Assembly: GCF_000143415.4 (NCBI RefSeq)
Contig: NW_003314279.1
Location: 2,007,090-2,071,089, forward strand
Source of the DNA: Selaginella moellendorffii
Taxonomy: Eukaryota; Plantae; Lycopodiophyta
Direction: 5' to 3'
Length of the DNA stretch: 64,000 bases
A program made the translations under genes and the position numbers. Below are positions 36,826 through 46,008 of this stretch, piece after piece. The notes under the pieces are model-generated. The model made no database searches and had not been told where the DNA came from. It saw only the letters and a list, made by a program, of their open reading frames with translations. Position 1 is the stretch's first letter; every line of letters starts with the position of its first letter.

Positions 36826-38973
36826 ATGAAGCACAACACTCGAGAGAAGTGGCTGGAACTCATCGAGAATTGTGACAATCTTTCTACTGCCCGGCGCATT
36901 CACTCGGGAGTCCTTGGCCAACACTCGCATCTTGATGTTTTCGTGCTCAACAAGCTTGTGGGCATGTATGGCAGATGCGGTAGCCTAGCGCACGCCCGAG
37001 AGGTTTTCGATGCCATTGCTGCCAAGGACGCCTTCTCCTGGCAACTCCTGCTATCAGCCTGTGCCCGCAATGGACCGCTCGGGCAAGCCAGAGAAGTTTT
37101 TCTCCAGATGCCTGACAAAGATTTGGTATCCTGGAATTTGCTGCTGGGAGCAAATTCTAAACACGGATCTCCCGAGGATACCAAGAAGACCTTCGATTCC
37201 ATGCCGCAGTGGGATTGTTTCTCGTGGACCATCTTGCTCAATGTATATGCCCAAGCGGGAGAATTGGAAGACGTTAAGAAGATCTTTGATAGCATTCCAG
37301 ATAAAAACATCTTCATGTGGCGCACTATGATCAAGGCATTTCATAAAGCTGGTGATGCTGTAAACGCGAAGAAGTGTTTCCACCACATTCCATTGTATAA
37401 CCTTGTAATCTGGAATGCGATGCTTACAGCTCATGCCCAAACTGGGCATCTAGTAGAAGCGAGAAAGATATACGAGCAGTTTCCGGCATGGAATCTTGAG
37501 TCCTGGAATATAATCCTGGCCGCGTACGCCAGGAATGGTGAGCCGATGGAGGTGCGTGAAGTGTTTGAATCCATGGAGCAACGGAATCTAGTGTCTTGGA
37601 ACTCCCTTCTTTGGGCATATGTCCAAGGCGGGCATCTAAGAGAGGCCAGGCGAGTGTTCCAATCAACGCCAGAGAGGGATCTCATCTCCTGGAACACGCT
37701 GCTCGATGCGCACTGCCAGCACGCCGGATCGATCGACGAGGCGAGGCTGCTGTTCGATACGATGCCACATCGCGACGCGGTGTCATGGAATTCAATCGTC
37801 GCGGGGTACGCGCGGGCTGGCAATCCGGAGGAAGCCAAGCGTCTGTTCGATAGGGCTCCTCAGCTGGATCTTAAGATCTGTACCACGATGGTAGCGGCGC
37901 TGGCAGAGAGCGGCCAGATCCAAGAAGCCCGGGCGCTCTTCGATGGGATCCTCGAGAAGGATTTGGCGCTCTGGAACGCTCTGCTCGCTGGCTGTTGCCT
38001 GCGTTCGCAATCGCTGGAAAAAGCGCTGGAAATCTTCGATGCGATGCCGCGGGTGAATCTCTCATCGTGCTCGTCCCTGCTCTCGTGCTACTCTCGATTC
38101 GGGGAGCTGGAGCGCGTCAAGCAGTTCTTCGATCGAATGCCGCAGCAAAATCTCGTGTCCTGGAGTTGCATGCTACTCGCGTATGCGCAGAACGATCGCC
38201 TGGATCACGCCAGGAGCTTGTTCGATCAGATTCCAGAGCGGGACCTCGTGTGCTGGAATTCGATCTTGGGAGCGTATGCCGGCAGTGGCGATCTGCACGA
38301 ATGCCGCAAGATCTTCCAAGAAATCCCGGATCCAAGCGTGGCCTCCTGGACATCGCTTCTCACCGCCTTCGCGACCCAAGGGCATCTCGCGGAAGCCAAA
38401 GAGCTCTTCGATCGATGCCCCAATCGAGACACGATCATCTGGAACGCGCTGCTGGCGGCGTACGCGACCAGCGGGCGACCAGCGGTGGCAATGGATCTGT
38501 TCACCAAAATGCCCGATCAAACGCCCATCGCTTGGACTTCCTTGCTAGCAGCATTTGCCGCGAGGGGGCATCTTTTAAGATGCGAGGAATCCTTCGCGGC
38601 GATGAAAACTCTCCACGCCCCTGGGGAGGCGTGCTTCGTGCTGGCCCTGGCGGCGTCTGGTCACGGGGGTCGCGTGTTCGATTCGCGCCGCCACTTCCAG
38701 TCAATGGTGGCTGACTTTGACCTGGAACCCCGGAAGCAGCACTACAGCTGCATGGTGGACGCGCTGGCCAGGGCGGGCTACTTGGACGACGCGATGGAGC
38801 TCCTGGAGAATATGCCTTACCGCCCGGATACCGTCGATTCGATGTGCTTCCTGGCCGCGTGTAGGAGCCACCAAGGCGACCGCCCCCTTCGTCTTCTCCA
38901 CGAGGGCGACAAAGAATCGTCCACTTACGCGCTCCTGGCTAGCATTTCCAGCTCTAGAGTCACTGCTCCTTGA
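36826..38973 (+). CDS. PLS-class PPR protein with a long array of 31-aa (SS-type) motifs, intronless, 715 aa
   Basis: About 18 tandem repeats such as DLVSWNLLL..G...A...FD.MP; ends HYSCMVDALARAG..MPYRPD; no DYW domain. Confidence 0.95.
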   Translation: MKHNTREKWLELIENCDNLSTARRIHSGVLGQHSHLDVFVLNKLVGMYGRCGSLAHAREVFDAIAAKDAFSWQLLLSACARNGPLGQAREVFLQMPDKDLVSWNLLLGANSKHGSPEDTKKTFDSMPQWDCFSWTILLNVYAQAGELEDVKKIFDSIPDKNIFMWRTMIKAFHKAGDAVNAKKCFHHIPLYNLVIWNAMLTAHAQTGHLVEARKIYEQFPAWNLESWNIILAAYARNGEPMEVREVFESMEQRNLVSWNSLLWAYVQGGHLREARRVFQSTPERDLISWNTLLDAHCQHAGSIDEARLLFDTMPHRDAVSWNSIVAGYARAGNPEEAKRLFDRAPQLDLKICTTMVAALAESGQIQEARALFDGILEKDLALWNALLAGCCLRSQSLEKALEIFDAMPRVNLSSCSSLLSCYSRFGELERVKQFFDRMPQQNLVSWSCMLLAYAQNDRLDHARSLFDQIPERDLVCWNSILGAYAGSGDLHECRKIFQEIPDPSVASWTSLLTAFATQGHLAEAKELFDRCPNRDTIIWNALLAAYATSGRPAVAMDLFTKMPDQTPIAWTSLLAAFAARGHLLRCEESFAAMKTLHAPGEACFVLALAASGHGGRVFDSRRHFQSMVADFDLEPRKQHYSCMVDALARAGYLDDAMELLENMPYRPDTVDSMCFLAACRSHQGDRPLRLLHEGDKESSTYALLASISSSRVTAP

Positions 38974-39039
38974 TAGCAATCGATGGTATTTATGGATTAG
39001 AGGGACAAGGATCTCCGATCCATGAATTTGTCTAGATGA

Positions 39040-39459
39040 TCAGGGTTTCTTGGACGAGGCCTCCTCCTCCCGGTCGACCACGGCGTGGAGCAAGCTATCG
39101 TCGTCCACGACCATCTCCATGGGCGAGCTGCCGAGGCCGTCGGCCACGGCCAGCAAGATCTGCTTGAGCTGCTCGCGGAACTCGGCGAGATCCACCTTGC
39201 CGTCGTGATCCATGTCGAACATCTCGAACGCCGACTGGTAGAGCGCATTGAGCTCCTCGGGGGTCTTGCTCACCGGGAATCCGCCCACAGTCTCCAGAAG
39301 ATTGAGGCGCTCCAGCGCGACGCGGAGCTCCGAGCGCGAGAGGACGCCGTCGTTGTTGACATCCAGCTCCTTGAACTGGGGATCCACGGCCTTGATCAGC
39401 GCCGCCTCGTCCAGCGCGAAGTTGCGCACAGCGTTTCCATCCAATAGCACCACGCCCAT
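39040..39459 (-). CDS. Small two-EF-hand calcium-binding protein
   Basis: MGVVLLDGNAVRNF; EF-hand loops DVNNDGVLSRSE and DMDHDGKVDLAE; LLAVADGLGSSP. Confidence 0.92.
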   Translation of the reverse strand: MGVVLLDGNAVRNFALDEAALIKAVDPQFKELDVNNDGVLSRSELRVALERLNLLETVGGFPVSKTPEELNALYQSAFEMFDMDHDGKVDLAEFREQLKQILLAVADGLGSSPMEMVVDDDSLLHAVVDREEEASSKKP

Positions 39460-39497
39460 CGCCAAAAGCACCGCACACAAACCTTGCGTCTTCGATT

Positions 39498-39571
39498 CGC
39501 GCCACGTGGCCTCTTAACCGTTAGATTGTGTCGCTTATGCGAATATGCCCTAAATTTCGCGCCACGTGGCC
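39498..39571. promoter_or_regulatory. Duplicated CGCG/G-box module in a 163-bp divergent promoter
   Basis: CGCGCCACGTGGCC at 39498-39511 and 39558-39571; the second overlaps E2F-like TTTCGCGC (39555-39562). Confidence 0.6.
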
Positions 39572-39622
39572 TTTAAAAGTTTTTGGCCCATCGCGCGGGC
39601 AAGCCCTAGAAATATCGAAGGC

Positions 39623-41241
39623 ATGGCTATGGCGGAGGAGAAGAGAAGAGAGGTTTTGCTCGACGACGACACGCTCATCGCCATTTTTCGGCTGCTGCTG
39701 CCGCGATCGCTTGCCAGATGCGCTGCGGTCTGCTCCCAATGGTGAGTCTCGATCGAGCTTGCAGGAAATATGTCCCTGATCGATTCAATGCCTTGCTCCA
39801 GGCACAGGCTAGTAACTTCACAGCTCATGAAAGACGCATGCAGTAGACATGGGGGTTTACTGTATAGCGATCCCTCGCGTTGCAAAGAGATTATGATCAG
39901 AACGGAGCAGTTTGATCGACTTTTTACATGCAACCCGAGCGTTCTTTCTTCTCAAGCTCACTCTGGCAGGTAAGCTCTAATTTTCGTCTTGTGATTTTCC
40001 AGCCCGAAGTTTCTCCAGAGTGAACTGCTGTCACTGGTCGATGGACACACTTGCAACAGGTTCCAGTGATAATGTAAGCTCGTCTAGAAAAAAAATTTCT
40101 TACGTTTTCTTGCTTTTAATGCTTTATTTCATGGTGGCAGACTGTTAGTGTTTGGTCGATGGATTCCATGCAATGCATGGAAGAATACAGAGTTCCAGAT
40201 AGCGTCGCAGCTGTTAAGTTTGATGGAAGCAGAGTAAGTTCTCTAGTTGCTGGCCAATTCAAAGACTTCCATCCAGATATTCGCAGCGGCTGGCAAGGAT
40301 GTCCACATATGGAAACGTGGGAACCGCGAAACTCTTCGAGTTCTTGGAGGTCACAACCAACGCTTGCATTCTATGCAGTAAGACTACGCTATCGAAGCTT
40401 GAAATGTTTTTTCTTGATTGTTTTCCTTTCTGTTAGCTGCATCGATCCTGAGTTAGCGGTGGGCTGTGCGGATGGCACAGTAAGGATTTTTGACATGTAC
40501 ACTGGTCGCTGCTCGATGCTCTTAAGGTGCGTTCCTTTTTTGTTGAATGAAACTCTCAGACGTTCTTTGCAGGCACCACACGGAAAAGGTAACGTGTATC
40601 AGATCTTTAAATAAGCCCAGTGTACTAGTTAGCGGCTCCTATGACTGCTCCGTGCGACTGTGGGATCCTTTGTCGGGAGAGAACGTTCGAAACTACTTTC
40701 CGGCTTCTTCAGGTGCAGTCGCTCAACCCTTCGCAACTTCTATGAACTTGATAGCTCATCCCCTTACCAACAGGCATTTCCTGCCTTCATGTGGGAAAGG
40801 ACAGGATTGAGCTCATCGTTGGAACTGTATTGGGCGACATAGATTGCTTCGATATCCGGTACAATCTCTTCCAACTGCTTGGTTTTCAGCTAGTTTCAAC
40901 GTTTTTTCTTTTGTAGAGTCGGAGGTAGGCGGCCTTTGTGGTCTAGGCGCAGTAGTAACGGTCCAATCAACAGCATCCACTGGCCAACCTATACACTCGA
41001 CAATTCATGCATGATAAAGGCGATTCTGATCGGGGGAAACGATGGCAAGCTGCATCTTATCAATAGCGACACCGGCCGCACCTTTCGTACGTTTACGCGC
41101 GACGGTCACTCTTCTCCAGTTTTATCAGCGAGGCTGGGACATACTCGGTTCGTGTCGTGTCATGCCGATGGCACCGTGACAAGGTGGATATTTGATCAAG
41201 GACGTACCCGCGTCGGCTTCGCCATCTGCCAAGCGTGTTAG
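39623..41241 (+). CDS. F-box/WD40-repeat protein, multi-exon
   Basis: F-box LLDDDTLIAIFRLLLPRSLARCAAVCSQW; WD repeats LATGSSD.TVSVW, LAVGCADGTVRIFD, LVSGSYDCSVRLWD, FVSCHADGTVTRW. Confidence 0.88.
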
Positions 41242-41641
41242 ATCTAATCAACTTCGTTATCAAGGTAATACTCTCCTTGCTTTTTTCTTGTTTCCTAACG
41301 CCAAATCATCCCAGACATTTCAACAGAACATGAAAATCCAGAGACTAGTCCGCTGCATTGCTTTCAAGCAAAGTTTCTCGGCTTTTCCGGTCTTTGGAAT
41401 GCGTATAACTTTCCTGGAATCCTCGAACCGCACGACTGTTGTCTAGCAGCCAGCACCAGGTTCTCGTTTTCCTAGCAATCTCTAGCACCAATTTTTTCTA
41501 CTGTGTCTCCAGATGTGAGCGAGACAATGGCTTAACTTGAGTATAAGAGTCGCAACATGCTTTGAAATAGCCGTCAAGCTCAACGCTCAAACAATTATAT
41601 GGGTACGCTTATGATCCGCCTTGTCTAATAGATCGACTAAG

Positions 41642-43507
41642 TTACTGCCTAGAAGGAAGTTTTACCGTACGTATAGCTCCCAAGCTACCGGAAGAACGAT
41701 CTTCGCTGCGACGATCGTGAAGTGCTGCTGTCTCACCCAGCCCCCACCTCCGCATGAAGGCCTCCGTCTCCACATCCTCCACTAGTCCAGCTCGCGTCTT
41801 CATGACGTGCGTGGTGGCTCTGTGGAGCTCGACCTCGGCAGCTTTCATGATGCACGCCAGATCCAGGTCGTCCTCTTTCTTCCAGGTCGGGACGAACGCC
41901 TGGAAGTCGACGGAGTCCATCGCCGGCTCTGGGCTGGAGGAAGGAAGCTGGAGCTTTGGAACCGGGGCGGCTATGGGGATGTAGCGCGTGGAGGCGGCGT
42001 CGCCTTCGTCCTCCTCTTCCGGGATGGGTGCCAATATCCAGTTGCCTTCGTAGACTGGGGATCCCAGAGGCTCGGGGGCTTGAGCGGACTCGTCGCCTTC
42101 TTCGAGCATCTTGAGGAACTGTCGCGCGACCGAGTTGGCCTCGTCGTAAATGTTAGTGGCAGAGCGGTCAGTGCTATCAGCGGTGTGGTCCTCATGGATC
42201 TTCGGTGTGACTTTGGCGATGGCAAGCTCCTTGCCCGTCTCTGCTATGGAATCCACCTCTTCCTCCGAGCCGGTTGAGTCGTCCAGGCTGTAGTCTTCTT
42301 TGGAGATCTCCACGGGCTCTTCGATAGTCGGCTTCTTCTCGCGTCGCTTTGATGATGCGTCGGAGGTGCTCTGGATCTGTGCTTGCACGAGAGAGCAAAG
42401 CATGGAGTCGAGGCGGCTGTCCGGGGCGGTTCTCAGGTCCTCCTCGTCTTGGTTGTGATCTTCGCCACCTTGGTCGTTGTCCGAGCAAGAAGACGAGCAC
42501 GCCTCCTGCGCGAGGCCTGCGAGATCGGGCATCGACTTGAGCGACTCGGAGCGGGCAAAGAGCGTGGACGAGACGTTGACGAGGCCGCTGAGAGGACGGA
42601 GCCGCCGCCAGAGTGCTGGGCGATTGTGCTGCTGCTCGTTGGCGAATCGGCAGCTCTCGGTTCGGATGGATGGATTTGAAGGAGCTGGAACAGCGGTTGT
42701 CGCAGCACCGCCACCACCACCACTGCTTTTGGAGAAGTTGACAAACTCGTAGCCAATGCTTGCGACCACACTGGCGCCTTTGAGGTTCTCGGAAGCACTG
42801 ATCATGAAAGCGGCAGTCCAGGCGCTCGAGGCGGCAAAGTCGGCGGTGTCGCCGATCGCGGCTGGGAGAATGCTGCCGAGGTCGAGCGTGAGCTCGCCAA
42901 GAACCGCCTGATCGAAGCTCGACACGATGAGCAGCTGGAACGACTTGGACACCGGGTGCTTGATGGCGTGCGGCGAAGCCCTGGACGCCCTCACCTTGGA
43001 GTGGAGATGGAGCGTCTCCTCGAATTCAACGCTGCCATTGAGCGCCCGCGACGCCAGAGTCTTGGAAGAACGCGCCTTGCGCAGGCAGTGGACCTCGAGG
43101 AGGATGCCGTGCGTGAGGTAGACGGGGAGATCGCGAATGGCGTGGATGTGGATGGAGAAGACGCAATCGAATGCCCGGTAGTGGAAGAAGCGCCAGCCCC
43201 AAAACCTCTGCTGCTGCTGTTGCTGCTCCTGCTGCCGAATCGGATGATCCTTCTTCTTGCTGTTCTTCGCGTTGTTCTTCGCGACCTTTGGCTGCTCAAA
43301 ACCCTGGGAGTGCGTGAAATATCGCCTCCATTCCCCCGCCTCCGGCCGTGGCGCTGCGTCTTTGCCTGCATTGTAGCTCGCTGGCCCCGATCGCGACTGG
43401 CTCGCCGCGGCCTTCGATCCGGGCGGCTTGAGCAGCCTCGAGCTCGGCTTCTCGGTCGCATCAAACATCCTGCCCATCTCCCTGCCGAAATACCCAGCTC
43501 CAAACAT
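41642..43507 (-). CDS. PLASTID MOVEMENT IMPAIRED1-related (PMIR-like) NT-C2 domain protein, intronless, short form
   Basis: FDCVFSIHIHAIRDLP..GSVEFEETLHL (NT-C2), SVARQFLKML, LVEDVETEAFMRRWGL. Confidence 0.8.
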   Translation of the reverse strand: MFGAGYFGREMGRMFDATEKPSSRLLKPPGSKAAASQSRSGPASYNAGKDAAPRPEAGEWRRYFTHSQGFEQPKVAKNNAKNSKKKDHPIRQQEQQQQQQRFWGWRFFHYRAFDCVFSIHIHAIRDLPVYLTHGILLEVHCLRKARSSKTLASRALNGSVEFEETLHLHSKVRASRASPHAIKHPVSKSFQLLIVSSFDQAVLGELTLDLGSILPAAIGDTADFAASSAWTAAFMISASENLKGASVVASIGYEFVNFSKSSGGGGGAATTAVPAPSNPSIRTESCRFANEQQHNRPALWRRLRPLSGLVNVSSTLFARSESLKSMPDLAGLAQEACSSSCSDNDQGGEDHNQDEEDLRTAPDSRLDSMLCSLVQAQIQSTSDASSKRREKKPTIEEPVEISKEDYSLDDSTGSEEEVDSIAETGKELAIAKVTPKIHEDHTADSTDRSATNIYDEANSVARQFLKMLEEGDESAQAPEPLGSPVYEGNWILAPIPEEEDEGDAASTRYIPIAAPVPKLQLPSSSPEPAMDSVDFQAFVPTWKKEDDLDLACIMKAAEVELHRATTHVMKTRAGLVEDVETEAFMRRWGLGETAALHDRRSEDRSSGSLGAIRTVKLPSRQ

Positions 43508-44553
43508 CAAGAAAATGCCGCCGCGGTCAAGAAACAACAGCTTACCGCGGCGATCGCAAAGAAAGAATGGTCAGCTTATGGCGCGGGCGCGCGCGCGCGC
43601 TGGCATGGAAGCGAAGAACCCTAAAATTCTCTCCCCACCACTCTCTGAATCAATGCAGCACACCGGCACTAAATCTTTGTTTTCTACTTCAAAATACCGG
43701 TAGCGCGGGATATGGGTTTGATCCTCGCGGGCCATTTATTCCAACGCCTGGCAAAATCTGGGCCGTTGATCTGCCAAGGCCAGAATTTTAGAGTAACTTT
43801 GCCGCATTTTAAAAAAGTCACACTCCATTTTTAGGGCTCTTGCCCATGAGCCTCTAGGGTTTCAATTCCTTTGAGACAAGAATCCACAGCGCCTTGGAGC
43901 GGCCGTGGGCGCCGCGATAGATCCGCTCTCGCAACTCGAGGTACTGTAAATCCTCCCGTGCTCTCTCTGTTCAAGGTCGAATTTTTTTCTTTCGTTCTTT
44001 CTTTTTTCCTTTCGTTTTCTTTGGTCCGGCCCTTTCGTGAATTGCCCCGATCTGCGAGAATTTTGCCTTGTTTTCCTTAGCTCGACAAAATTGCAGGGCT
44101 GCATGTCCGCTACTTCTTGAGTTTTCTAAGAGTTTGTAAAGTTAGCGGAGAAAAGCAATTGGGCAAACACCTTGTGTTTGTTCCTGTGAGGCGGAGGAAA
44201 AAAAAAAAGACCCTACAAAGCACGCTGGGAAAAATGCTACTGGATATCAAAAACTGTGTATGAGACACATACTGGAGAAAGATCCTCTTATTTTACCTGA
44301 AAACTTCGATCTCGATCGACTCTTTGCTTTTTCTTGTGAGTGTGCCTTTTGTGAGTGTGCCTCGTGTCATTACTTCTTTGACTATCACACCGCTGTTCTC
44401 TCTCGTATTGCTTGCCCGCTTGCTTTGTGTGCTGGAGCTTGAGTGTGGCTTCAGTGTTCTTCGTTTTGCTTTGCTTCGTTTTTCTGGTTCCTCGTTTTTA
44501 ATGGTTGTTGACAGTGGCATAGTTGTATAACAGGTAGTGAAATCTCTCTCAGA

Positions 44554-45867
44554 ATGCCAAAGGATAAAAGTAGCAGCACTTTCTCAAATAAGTCTCATGA
44601 TTTGTTTTACAAGCCTTACTCGACAACGCGGGGGGCATCGCCCAAGCAGGAGGACACCGCCGAGTGGGAGGACGTGACTTGCCCGATATGCATGGAGTCA
44701 CCCCACAACGCAGTGCTCCTCCTGTGCTCCTCCTCGGACAAAGGCTGCCGCCCCTATATGTGCGATACCAGCTATCGCCACGCAAACTGTCTAGACCAGT
44801 ACATCAAAGCTCACGCGAAAGCTCAGTCACCCAGCAACGCCAGCGTCAACACCTTCATCACCAGCGGCGGCGGCGCATCTCTGAACTCACCGGCTGCTCG
44901 CTCCGCCGCCACCTCCGCCGCTAGAGGACCGACAGACATATCCGGACATATCGAGCTATACAAGGCTTGCAAAGGCTTGGAGCTCGTGTGCCCGCTGTGC
45001 CGGGGCAAAGTTAGCGGCTGGAAGGTGGTGGAGAGAGCCCGGCAGAAGCTCAACGTGAAGCGGCGGGGCTGCGCTCACGACTCGTGCGCGTACGTCGGGG
45101 CTTACGACCAGCTGCGCAAGCACGCCAGATATGTGCATCCTTACGCTCGCCCCTCGGAGGTTGATCCGGCTCGCCAGAGGGACTGGTGGCGGCTCGAGAG
45201 CCAGAGGGACTTGGGCGACGTTTTCAGCACCATCCAGTCGGCGATGCCGGGGGCGACTATCGTCGGGGACTACGTGATCGAGGATGGCGACGAGGAGGAC
45301 GAGGAGCGGGACGAGGAGCACGAGCACGAGTTCGATCTGGAGCACGAGCACGACGACGAGGACGAGGACGACGACGAGGACCAGTTCCACGACAACAACG
45401 CTGGCGTTGGCGGTGGTGGCAGTGGTGGCGGTGGTGGTGGTGGCGGCGGCGGCAGCGGTGCTAGCGGCTCGCCCGTCGCGGGTGTGGACCGCAACTTGTG
45501 GACGATGCTGTTTCTCTTCCGAGTCTTTGGGGGATCGTCGTCTTCGTCCTCTGCCGCTAGCAGCCGAGATCATCACACGAGCAGCAGCGGTGGGAGCAGC
45601 CACTCTCATCACCAGCAGCAGCAGCAGCATCGCGCTCACGGCGGCAGCAGCCGCCAGCAGCATTACCAACCCCGTCACCGCCATCACCTCGGTGTGGCTC
45701 CGCCGCCCAGGAGCTACCGAGGAGCCACATCGCCATACTTTGCGCCCCGTGGTGGTGGAAGCTCCTCGAGCGGCAGCAGCCGCGCTGCGATGATGGATCG
45801 CAATAGGACGACGACTTCGTCTTCGTCATCGGCGTCTAGAAATCGACGCCGGAGCCACCATCGCTGA
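44554..45867 (+). CDS. DUF1644 zinc-finger protein
   Basis: WEDVTCPICMESPHNAVLLLCSSSDKGCRPYMCDTSYRHANCLDQY; LVCPLCRGKVSGWKVV..LRKHAR.VHP.ARPSEVDP. Confidence 0.93.
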   Translation: MPKDKSSSTFSNKSHDLFYKPYSTTRGASPKQEDTAEWEDVTCPICMESPHNAVLLLCSSSDKGCRPYMCDTSYRHANCLDQYIKAHAKAQSPSNASVNTFITSGGGASLNSPAARSAATSAARGPTDISGHIELYKACKGLELVCPLCRGKVSGWKVVERARQKLNVKRRGCAHDSCAYVGAYDQLRKHARYVHPYARPSEVDPARQRDWWRLESQRDLGDVFSTIQSAMPGATIVGDYVIEDGDEEDEERDEEHEHEFDLEHEHDDEDEDDDEDQFHDNNAGVGGGGSGGGGGGGGGGSGASGSPVAGVDRNLWTMLFLFRVFGGSSSSSSAASSRDHHTSSSGGSSHSHHQQQQQHRAHGGSSRQQHYQPRHRHHLGVAPPPRSYRGATSPYFAPRGGGSSSSGSSRAAMMDRNRTTTSSSSSASRNRRRSHHR

Positions 45868-46008
45868 GCAAAGACGAGAGCAAAGTTCTTATTTCTTCCT
45901 TTTTTCAAATCAAATAGCCCGCCCAAGGGTATATTCCACTTCTCTGCTTTTTTGAATTCAAATCACCCGCATATTCTCTCATTTTTAGGGTTCTTGGGGC
46001 TAGGGTTT

